A DNA stretch of 64,000 nt from Paraspadella gotoi. Taxonomy: Eukaryota; Animalia; Chaetognatha. How positions within the stretch are numbered: the first letter of the stretch is position 1; every line of letters begins with the position of its first letter. A program made the translations under genes and the position numbers. Positions 12,001 through 22,700 of the stretch are shown here, piece after piece. The stretch covers positions 4,725,170 to 4,789,169 of the forward strand of contig CM119265.1 of NCBI GenBank assembly GCA_051294375.1. The letters are read 5' to 3'. Under the pieces are notes generated by a model, which did not search any database, was not told where the DNA came from, and saw only the letters and a list, made by a program, of their open reading frames with translations.

Positions 12001-14724
12001 CCCCTTTCTTTTTCACATCATCTCTTCGCCTTCCTCATTCACTCTTCCAACTTTGGCGACACTTTCTCGTGACGTCCCTTTTTTCCTTTTTCTTCCACCT
12101 CCCAACACCTCGCGCCTCCAAGGGACCAAAGCGTCACTCTCGATTCACACACGTGACCCGATCTGTCAAGCAATGATCGCCTTTCTCCCTTTTCACGCTT
12201 CTTAATATTCTCACCCCTATTTTTTTTTTCATGTTTGAATTAACTTCCTTTTTTTTTTCATTGAGATGCCTGATTAATCTTATTTCTTCATAATTAAGGA
12301 AATAGTTTAAAATGGCTTGCATGCGTCCGTTTAAAATTGCAGTAGGAAAAAGATCACTAGACATTTTATAAATCAAATTGAAACAATGCTAAGATTATTT
12401 TAGCTCGGTAAATAACATAATAACGTTACCTGAAATTGACATGTGACAAACATAGACGCACGGATAGTATTGTGATTTTATCAACAATGAAAAACAGATC
12501 AAAAATGAGTTGTTTTTTTTTAATAAAAACTACACAGATCACGAAAAAATAACAAAGACCACTAATATCAAACATATAACACTACTGAAATGTTATTAAA
12601 TACTTCGTAAAAGTGAAAATTTTTCTTTATTTAGAAAAGCAAAGGAAATTTCGAGTGTCCTTCGAGTTCTCCGACTATTTTTGCGGAATTTAAAATCTTA
12701 AAAAACGATGTCAAAATTGATATTTAACAATTAACACTGCGACGCTTTCTCAGATTTATATAGCTAACTTCTTCGGGTCGATCGTCTTGACCGTCAAAAT
12801 TTTGAAGTCCCCAACTCTTTTCATCTCCATCTTCAAAAAAAAAAAAAGAATCTGCGAAACATAACCTCCGTACTGCAATATGCAAATTAGTTTGAAAGCG
12901 CCAATGGGCGGCTAAATTGACGACCGTCGCTCGGATTCATAGTTTGTACTAAAGCGTCGAGCGATAAAACGTTCCGCTCTTCAAAAATGCATCCGTTTTA
13001 ACGGAGAGGACCGAAACCATCCCCTCTCCCCATTTCCGTCTCCACCCTCTTCTCCACACCCCCCCCTCCCTCAAAATAAAAGCTCGATCGGCAGATGGTC
13101 TTCCGAAGGCTGAGCAAATACTTTTTGTTCCTTTTGCGACTTTTGGAAAAACGAAGGATCATCGTCGACCTTTTTTTTTGCGGAGAGGGGGCTGGGGGAG
13201 GAGGAGGAGGTGGAGGAAGATGGGGGCGTTGGGGGTTAAAAGACGGGTCGTTGTGACGGAGGTTGGGGGTTGGCTGATGCAAAGGCCTTCATAATCTCGT
13301 GAAAAAGCAAAGCGACGAATAGAGACGTTTTCTCGATTCCAAGAGAAGAGGACGTTTCATCCTCTTTAAAGGTTTTTTTTCTTTTTTTGGCATCGTGGGC
13401 CATTTATTGATTTTTTTTTTCCTTTTATTCCTTTTTATTTTCTTTTTCTTTCGGTTTTTTTACGATGCCTGACTAAACGCTACCACGCGCGGATTTAAAA
13501 TCACGATCTTTCAACTTTTTTCTCCGTTATTATCCGCGTGAGTTTTTAGAGACGACGTCATTATTGGAGATTTTGGAAAAGAAGGTTTTGACTCAAAGCC
13601 AAGATGCTTTTAAAGCAATTTCGTTTTTCCTCCGAATTACGTTTGAACAAAGTCTTGCGCCGATTGAGCCCCATTTTTCAGGGAACGTGCGAAGCTGCGA
13701 CGTTTAATCTTATCCGCAGTCAAAAACCGCGCCACTTCTGATCCAAAGGAGTCGGTCCCAAATTGNNNNNNNNNNCGCCGAATTAAGTTTTCGTCTCATT
13801 TCTTTCCTCCACTTCCCGCTCCTTTCTACCCTCCGTTTCTGTGCCAATTTCGCTTGACCTTTCAATTTATCATTAATTCCTCAGCTAAGTAGATCGCCCT
13901 CCATCCATAAAGCCTCGGCAGTAAATCCCAACGAAAACTCTTTCCTTTAAAAAGTATTAATTTCATTTTACAATCGTAAATTCTCCTCCCATCTCATTCC
14001 TACTTCCCGCCGACTTCCCGAAGCCCCCGTCAATCACCGAAATTCGGTTACCCTCTACATGCCCCTTCCCCCCTCCGCCCGCCCCGCGCACGCGCTTTTA
14101 GCGGAAAGTCCCGACGTTTTACGTTTTCGAACGGGGCGGGCGGGCGACGGCGGCACGTGGACAGAGTTACTGCGTCGCGACGTGACTTTGACTCTTTGAC
14201 CTTTTTAACCTCGAAATGATCGGAAGCGTCGGGGTTTTTGACGGGAAAGGATTTGGATCATTAGGCGAGGGGGGGGCGCGCTCAGGATGAGGGATGAAAT
14301 GGAGAAATGTAGGAATTCATTATCTTCAATCGGCTACGGAATCTTAACACGAAAATATAATTTCTTAATCTAAACTAATATATGTACGTATTTCCGGTAA
14401 TTCTCGTTTTATTCAATTCTTTTGCAATATGCAGATGTTGTGACGGATTGAGAAAATCTTGAAAAAAAATTCTGCTCTCTTTTCATTGAGATTACTTCTT
14501 CCATGGCCTACTCTGCGCGACCATTTACTTCCACACAACCCTATTATATCTTAAGCCTAAACTACCAAGCCACCACCCACCCTAGCCACCATTCTCTAAC
14601 ATATTGTCCGCCCCCCCCCTCCGCCGTTTCCACTCGCGGTTTATAGAATCGCTCCTCCTTTCCCAATCCCTCGAACAGAAGCATCCCTTTCTTCGAGATA
14701 AATGAAGCGGGAACTTTTTGATAA

Positions 14725-14813
14725 GATATGCATTCGCCGCCGACGCCGCCGCTGCCGCCGCCGTCGCCGCGCCGCCGACGCTACCGCCGCCTCAGCCGAC
14801 GCCTCCGCCGCCG
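14725..14813. repeat. Imperfect (GCC)n trinucleotide tract
   Basis: cgccgccgacgccgccgctgccgccgccgtcgccgcgccgccgacgctaccgccgcc... read directly. Confidence 0.85.
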
Positions 14814-15097
14814 TCCATTTAATTCTGCTGTCGAACTGACGATCGTGATTCATCAATGCGAAGAAATTCATTGAAGTGGCGAGACTTTGTAGTTGAGGGG
14901 GTAGTTTTTACATAGTGGTTGGATGAGGGTTTGTTTTAAATAGTGGTTGTTCAGTTGACTATACATAGGTTTAGTTACTAATTTAAACGTTAGGAGGGCT
15001 GGTGGCCGCAGAAGCTTTTAAATACATGAAGGCAAAGCTGTTTTTGACGGTAAATTCATACTTCCTTTCTCTTTTTTCTCTTTTTTTCTTTATTGTT

Positions 15098-15129
<32 letters not shown>

Positions 15130-17178
15130 TNNNNNNNNNNNNNNNNNNNNNNNNNNNNNNNNNNNNNNNNNNNNNNNNNNNNNNNNNNNNNNNNNNNNNN
15201 NNNNNNNNNNNNNNNNNNNNNNNNNNNNNNNNNNNNNNNNNNNNNNNNNNNNNNNNNNNNNNNNNNNNNNNNNNNNNNNNNNNNNNNNNNNNNNNNNNNN
15301 NNNNNNNNNNNNNNNNNNNNNNNNNNNNNNNNNNNNNNNNNNNNNNNNNNNNNNNNNNNNNNNNNNNNNNNNNNNNNNNNNNNNNNNNNNNNNNNNNNNN
15401 NNNNNNNNNNNNNNNNNNNNNNNNNNNNNNNNNNNNNNNNNNNNNNNNNNNNNNNNNNNNNNNNNNNNNNNNNNNNNNNNNNNNNNNNNNNNNNNNNNNN
15501 NNNNNNNNNNNNNNNNNNNNNNAGAGAGAGAGAGAGAGAGTGAGAGTTAGAAAGTTTGGGTTCAAAAACGCGACGAGACGTTTCTTCTGCGGAATTGCTT
15601 TTTGTTTTTTTCTCTCTTTTTTTGTTGTCTGTTTTAGTTTCTCATTTTGTTTTTCATTTTCGTCGCAACTGCGCGGAATTTTAAACAAGAATTTCCCACG
15701 AAGACGCAGCGGTTGAGAAAAGTTGTTGTCGAGCGAAATAGTGAATACATTGAGACGGTTCAGGGCGTCATCTGCAGTGGGAAAGTTGACGTTTCAATTT
15801 AGCCGTTTTGAGTTCTTTTTTTAGGCGGTTTCATTGTTACTAATTAAACCAAGTAATGGTTAATTCTTGTTAAAAAACCTCGTTGTTCAAAATTCGGAGA
15901 AGAAATGACGGAGCTCGTTAAGAGCGCATTGACCGTCGTTGTTGTCGTTGTTGTGACAGCGGCGCCCGCTCGAGATTCGATCGCTCTCCATCTTTTCGCC
16001 GCAATCTCTCCATCGATCATTTTTCGTCTCCAACGGCGAACCATCGACTTTTCCTTAACGAGAATCCCATTTTTTTTCCTTTTTCCACTTTTTTCCTTCA
16101 TTTTCTTTCTTTTTTTGTCGCTGTTGGTCGCGAAACCAACATATGTCCGCAAATTGAAATGGAACAAAATAAAGGAAGGCAGAAAGAGTTGAAAGAAATA
16201 TAATATTAGAGAGTTTTGGGAAAACGGAATTGTTATTATTAAAGCAAACATGAAAAGAGGGTGCTCTCGCTTTTCTTTGTCATTCTCCTTTCGTCCTCAC
16301 CCTTTCCTTTTATTTTCACCACTCTCTGTCTCTCTCTTTCTCTCCTTCTCTCTCTTAACGTCATCTCTCTCTCCATTTAATTAAAATGTGTCAAAGTTGA
16401 AAATTAAAATAGGAAATAATTTGTGACTACAATGCAAAAAGAACGACAAAGGCAACTTTAACAACAGCGAGGACGATACTGATAACTGATAACCAAGAAA
16501 CACTTTTGCTATCATCCATATTATATCGGGACGTTCTCGTTATATCGGTTTGCCCACTGTCAATCCACTTGGAACGTCATAACGTAATCTCATTAAATCG
16601 AGACTCAAGGTTCTTCCCCGTAAAAGTCATTTTTCCAGACGTCAGTCATTTTTCTGAAGAGACTCTCTTTTCGTCCTCATTACTAGTTTTACGATTGGGT
16701 TTTATTACATATTAACGAGTCCTTTCGAGATTAATCTTTATTAATTTTATGATTTTTTCTCTCTCTTTTTTTTTTAATCGCTCAATTCGTCGTTGGACAA
16801 CTTACTTTTCGATTCGCGAATTATCAGGTAAGTTTAAAGGATGTTATACTTTACTATTACTGTTCAATTTATCGCAATACGTTTACAGATAGGGTAAGTG
16901 TGGGAAAAGATAATTAGGACAGAGATTCATTTAGATTCATGTAGCCGGTTCTTTTATCTATAGTAATCTCTCTCTCTCCCTCTGTCTTTTCCCCCAATCT
17001 CCCTCTCGCTCTCTCCCTCTCTCTCTTTCTTTCAAATACTTTCTTTTCTTCTAAGAATAAAAGAAAATTCGTTTGGAATCTCTGTTTTAGATTTTCCGCG
17101 GTTCCAAAGTAGATCCTAAACCACTGTAAAGAACCATTTCTTGGACCGCGTTCAAATCATCTTGTTAAACTCGACGCC

Positions 17179-17181
<3 letters not shown>

Positions 17182-17267
<86 letters not shown>
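17182..17267. repeat. Perfect (GA)n microsatellite
   Basis: Uninterrupted GA run of ~86 bp; one of many (AG/CT)n tracts in the window, several of which abut N gaps. Confidence 0.97.
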
Positions 17268-17269
<2 letters not shown>

Positions 17270-17519
17270 CGATGTTGGGAATCATCTTGTTTTAATTTCC
17301 TTTGTTCTCTGAGCCTCGACGGAACATTGTGCAAGGATCGATATCTTTTCAAAAGCAAAACTCATTCGCATCGATTCTTTTTTCCATCTTGCGCCAAACA
17401 AAAAAAAAATAATATCTTTTTTTTGCATCGACGGCCGACGTCGCGATAAAAACGGAATCTGGGTCAAAACGAAAACAAAAGGACCGAAAAAAACAAAAAA
17501 AGTGAAGACTGCATCGACG

Positions 17520-17557
<38 letters not shown>
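17520..17557. repeat. (GTC)n trinucleotide microsatellite
   Basis: gcgtcgtcgtcgtc... direct reading; similar (GTC/GAC)n tracts at 7143-7163, 18597-18655 and 19122-19167. Confidence 0.92.
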
Positions 17558-17558
<1 letters not shown>

Positions 17559-19819
17559 TCCTCGACGACGTCGACGAACGATAACGACCCAATCATGAGC
17601 AGAAATATATTGCCCACTCTCTGACCGCGACACCGCTTAACGTTCTTCCATCGGTCTTCCACCGCCTTCCCCGGTGCCACCCCGACGACCCATTCTCCAG
17701 CCTCCAACCGCCCACGACCCGCTTCTATTCAACTTCACACCCATCCTTCCACACATCCCGGTTCTTTCACGGCTCCATCCGATCACAGCCACGTCCAGCT
17801 CTCGTTTTGTACACTCCTTTCTCCGCCTCTTGGTAACTGCCAACCCTTTCCCTTTTCCAACTGCCCAGTGGCTATCCAGACCCAGCTGGGTGGGCGGGGA
17901 GTGAAAGAGGTCGAATCCATTCTACCTTCTTTTCTTTATNNNNNNNNNNCCATCATTAAAAACCAAAACACATCTTATCTTTCATTCTGTCTTCCAAAAA
18001 GCAAAAGGATGATTATTAAGCTCAGTAATGTAATCAACATCGTTATCATCATCAGAATCAATCTCGTTCAAATCGATAACAGAAAGTTACCTGGAGGTAA
18101 GAAAGAAAGAAAGAAAGATAGAAAGAAAGAGAGAAAGAAAGAAAGAAATCGAAAAAAAGAATGAAATAATTTGTAAGAAAGAAAAAATGTATTAAATACA
18201 AAAGAGAGAGAGACAATAAATAAGTAAAGAAAGACTTGACAAGAGTCGCGTGCCACCTGCGTCGAATCCAGAATTATTACCAGGGAGATTTTGTCGTTCG
18301 CTGCCTCTTTCGCTCTTCGGTCAAAAACCTCCTATCATCATAAATGACATCATCGTCTGTGACATCATCGTCGACGCAAGGTTCTCGACATCGGATGCCA
18401 TCATCGTCGATACCATCGGGCAGATTCCTGACCATTGCATTGCACTTTGCAGCCCGATGGACCAGTGCCTCTTTTGTTTCCAATTTTCGCAAATGCTCGC
18501 GTGCAAAGTTTTTCGCTACTGATTCCGCCTCGTAAACCCAATTACTAAAAATGCCCTCGCGGAATTTGCGTCTACATCGTCCAGTTTTATTACAAGCGTC
18601 GTCGTCGTCGTCGTCGTAGTCGTCGTCGTAGTCGTCGTCGTCGTTTTCATCGTCGTTGTTGTCTTTATCGATTTCCCCCGCAACAATTTCCATTAGCGAT
18701 GACAACCGTATGGCGCGTTCCGACGTCAAGAATAAAACAAAAGGACAAGAAAGATAAGGGAGACGAAATCGAAAATGAAAACTGAGACTAAATTCTTACA
18801 GAAAATTGTTCTTATTCTTATGTTTTTGCGGTGTCTTTTTTTTTCTGTGAGATATCTTTCTCTTGTTAAAATTGTATATCAAAAAGATAACTAGATGAGT
18901 AAATGGAAAAAAAATAGCTCCGTCATTTGAGGGCAAGTTGCTGGTTCCCATCTCTCATCCCCTCACCACTCGGGATCTAGAATCAGTAATGTACGATTTC
19001 GATCCCCTTCCTTTTCTCTATTTATGTTTTCTTTCCCTTTTTTTCCTTTTTCCGTCTTTTTCCATTCTTTCTCCTCCACACAATTTTTTTTTCTTCCTTT
19101 TCTCTCTCGTCCGATTAGAGAACGACGACGACGATATTTTCGACGACGACTGCGACGACGACGACGAAATCCGAGGAGGAGGAGTCTCAACTCCTCTCCG
19201 TTTTCTTCCTCTTCCTCCTCTTATTACTTTTTAACGGTTTCCGACTCTTCCCGCTCTTCCTCGCCATCGAGTTTCGACCGGCGAGTTTCGTGTTGTAATT
19301 TCTTGAATCCGAGCGAAAAAAGCCAAAAAGGAAGAGAAAAAAAAAATCGAGTGGGATGAATGATTTTTCTTTGCCTATCGTTTTCTATCGATTTTGCGTA
19401 TTTTAAAATTAAAAATACATTGGTCGTTCCGAGCTNNNNNNNNNNNNNNNNNNNNNNNNNGAAAAGTAGAGAATGATGGTTGTGATATATATAATTGGGA
19501 TAGACCAGTTTGGACACTAGAGGAGACGAGATTAGGCCAACCTTTATATTCAGAACACAACATCAGAATTCGGTGCGGCTGGAGGCTCTATTGTGTATTA
19601 GTCTCCTTCTCTCTCTCTTTCGTCATCAAATATGTGATTGATGTATGTTTGCTACTCATCTCTACTCTTGGACCGCCAATACGATATATAGACAGAAGTT
19701 AAACTACAAACCGACAGCCAAACGACTTTTTCTCGGCTCAAAAAACGAGAGATATTAGACCACAGAGTATCAAGATAATGAGATTAATGCGAGGAATTTG
19801 AGAATATATAATTTTCGGC

Positions 19820-21100
19820 GCGGACAATCTGTCGCCAAAAAAAAAACATTGTCTTTGCTGCACATGTTACAACGATGTACCAAGCTGAAGTTTTCAAAGT
19901 AGAACAGTTTTCCCGAATAGTCCGAAAATTGTACAATCCTGGGTACTTACAAAGTAGCAACAAACGGGGAAGTTTTTCTTCGCTAAGGCAGGAAAACTGT
20001 ACAGAAACAGCGAAGCAGCGATAGGCACGGAGGGCGTGCGGTTTTTAAACGTCCGATCCGAGAAACTTATTTTTACGGCTAAAAAATTCCATCGAATTGA
20101 ATTTTTTTTTTTTTTTTTGAATATAAAAGGGTTGCGTGAGAAATATTTAAAAAAAAAATTCTCTAAACTAAAGAATGTGAATTGGATTGGAAAAAGTCGC
20201 AGCTTTGAAGCATTCAAACATGGGTGATGGCTCACAGGAGATAGAGTTGGCGAATGAAGGTGAGACGTATAGAGATAGTATAAGTCGTACGTAAGTCCTA
20301 GAATTAAACAAGCTGTTTTTCTTTTTTTGATTTCTAAAAATCCCGCAGATTTTTAAATATTCGAATGCTATGTTTTTTCACAATTTTCGAATCTGATCGC
20401 GCGCCGAAATTTAACGGAGGGGGAAATAGAAAACATGGAAGTTTGGGCGGGTTGCGAACGCTACACGTATCCGTTGTAAATCCGAAAGTTCATTTTTTTG
20501 AGAAACAAAAGGGAACAAAACAGAGGAAGAAGGTAATTTTGGTAAATGGAGAAAAAGAGTCTCAAAAAAAACAAAGCATTCGAATATTTTAAAATCTGGG
20601 GATTTTTAGAATCAAAATAAAGAAAAACCAGCTTGTTAATCTATGGACTTACTACGACTTATTACTATCTCTATAGCTCTCACTCTCATTCGCCAACTAT
20701 CTCCCGTGAGCCGTCACCATGTTTCTGAATGCTTCAAAGCAGCGACGTTTTTCAATCAATTCACATTCTTTAGTGAGATTATTTTTTTTTAAATATTTCT
20801 CAACGCACCTTTTATTCAAAAAAAAAAAAAAAAAAATTCAATTCGAGAATTTTTAGGCGTAAAAATAATTTCTGGATCGGATCTTTAAAAACCGCAGGCC
20901 CCGTGCCTATCGTCTGCTCGCTGTTCTGTACAGTTTTACTGCCTTAGGAGAAAAACTTCCCCGTTTGTTGCTACTTGTAGTACCAGGATTGGTACAATTT
21001 TACGACTTTCGGAAACTGTTTCTACTTTGAAACTTAGCTTGGTACATCGTTTAACATGTGCAGCAAAAGACAATGTTTTTTTTTTGGCGACAGATTGGCG
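19820..21100. repeat. Long inverted repeat (fold-back): arms ~19820-20375 and ~20565-21100, ~190-bp spacer
   Basis: tttctaaaaatcccgcagatttttaaatattcgaatgc (20331-20368) is the approximate reverse complement of gcattcgaatattttaaaatctggggatttttagaa (20576-20611). aatctgtcgccaaaaaaaaaacattgtctttgctgcacatgtt (19826-19868) pairs with 21053-21096. Confidence 0.88.
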
Positions 21101-22129
21101 GATTTTCGATCGATATCATGTCGTCGGTTCGTTGGCCGTCATTTCGTCTGTCATCTTTCTCAGGGTTGTAACTCGTTCCTTTTTCGTAAACTGTGCCACC
21201 GCCGGCAGTGAGAAGATTGGCCACTCGTCTCCTCTGGTGTCAATGCACTTTTAATTCTTATTTCTCCGACTTCTTTTTTAAAAAAATCTTTCATTTCGAT
21301 CGCCTCCATATTTAATCTTTAATAACCTAATCTCTAGATTACTAAGCCTGTTGCTCCTGTGCTTCTGCAACTTGCAGCAATTGCAGCATGTATTTTCTTT
21401 TCATATCTTTTCATAACCTGGTCGCCCTTCCCTTTTTTCTCCTTTGCCTTTTCGTCATTTCGCCTGTTGCCTCTTTTTACCTCGCTCCGCCACATTGCGC
21501 CCCCGCGGCCAACTCTTCCTTCTCTCTCTACTCTCTCTCTCTCTCTCATCTCATCTCTCTCTCTCTCTGCTCTCCTAGTCTCTCTTCTCTCTCTCTCTCT
21601 CTGCCCTAAAACCTCCAAGGGAATTCATCATTTTACGTCAGTTGAATTCGACTTGAAAAAAAAAGAACGAGGGTCCGGTGTGAGCCGAAAAATACAATCG
21701 TTCACTCGAAAACGTCATCATTCATTCTTCACACCTCTGAGGATTACGATTCGCCGCACACCAAAAAAAATGGGAAAACATTGCGAAGTTCGTACTCACG
21801 AATAGGCTTCGGTATTAAAAGAAACCAAAGAAGAAAATGAGAAGTTGTGGTGTAGAAAAATATGACGGCAGTTGCGAGCCAACGCCGACTTCTCAATCTC
21901 CTCCGAATGGCTTCGCATCTCTTCTCTGCGTCTCCTCTCCACCTCCACACCCCCATCGCTTTGCCCCATCGAGTTATGCGGTAGTGATAACTTTCGTCTC
22001 GCTCAAGAAAAAAAAATCCCCGGTTGTGTTTTCTTTTCTCATTCGCGGAGCAGCGTTCAAAAAATATCGGAAGCTCGTCCCGACGCGGGTGCTCTTTCGA
22101 CCTTTGGCGTCCGTGCGTCTACGCCTGTT

Positions 22130-22700
22130 TCTCCTCCTCCCCTTCCTTCCCTTTTCTCGTCCTCTGCCTCTTTCCTTTTTCCCCTTTCCTTTCTTCCCTC
22201 CTTCCTTTTTTTCTCACTCCCTCCTTCCTTCCCTTTTTCTCGTCCCTCTGCTCTTATCCTTTTTTCCCCTTTCCTTTCTTCCTCCTTCCTTTTTTTTCAC
22301 GACTCCCCCTCCTTCCTTTCTCGTCCCTCTCCCCTTTCCTTTTTCCCCTTTCCTTTCATCCCTCCTCCTTTTTTTCTCACTCCCCTTCCTTCCCTTTTTC
22401 TCGTCCTCTGCTCTTTCCTTTTTCCCCCTTTCCTTTCTTCCCTCCTTCCTTTTTTTCTCACTCCCCCTTCCTTCCCTTTTTCTCGTCCCTCTGCCTTTCT
22501 TTTTCCCCTTCCTTTCTTCCTCCTTCTTTTTTTCTCACTCCCCCTTCCTTCCCTTTTTCTCGTCCCTCTGCTCTTCCTTTTCCCTTCCTTCTTCCTTCCT
22601 TCCTTTTTTTCTCACTCGCCAGCCCTCCCTTTTTCTTCGTCCCTCTTCCCTTTCCTCTTTTCCTTTTCCTTTCTTCCTTCCTTTCGTTCCTTCCTTTTTT
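22130..22700. repeat. Polypyrimidine minisatellite, ~80-bp unit, ~7 degenerate copies
   Basis: Unit approx. ctcactcccccttccttccctttttctcgtccctctgctctttcctttttcccctttcctttcttccctccttccttttttt, recurring at ~22212, 22376, 22457, 22534 and 22611. Stop-free in three frames, giving the false 280-365 aa F/S/P/L ORFs. Confidence 0.9.

Noticed and set aside
14555-15007. Weak inverted similarity (gccaccattctctaac vs gttaggagggctggtggc) flanking the GCC tract
   Set aside because: Too short and degenerate to distinguish from chance; no TSD.
22130-22700. Regularly spaced repeats as a CRISPR-like array
   Set aside because: Intervening sequences are themselves repeated (tandem minisatellite), there are no unique spacers or cas genes, and the context is eukaryotic.
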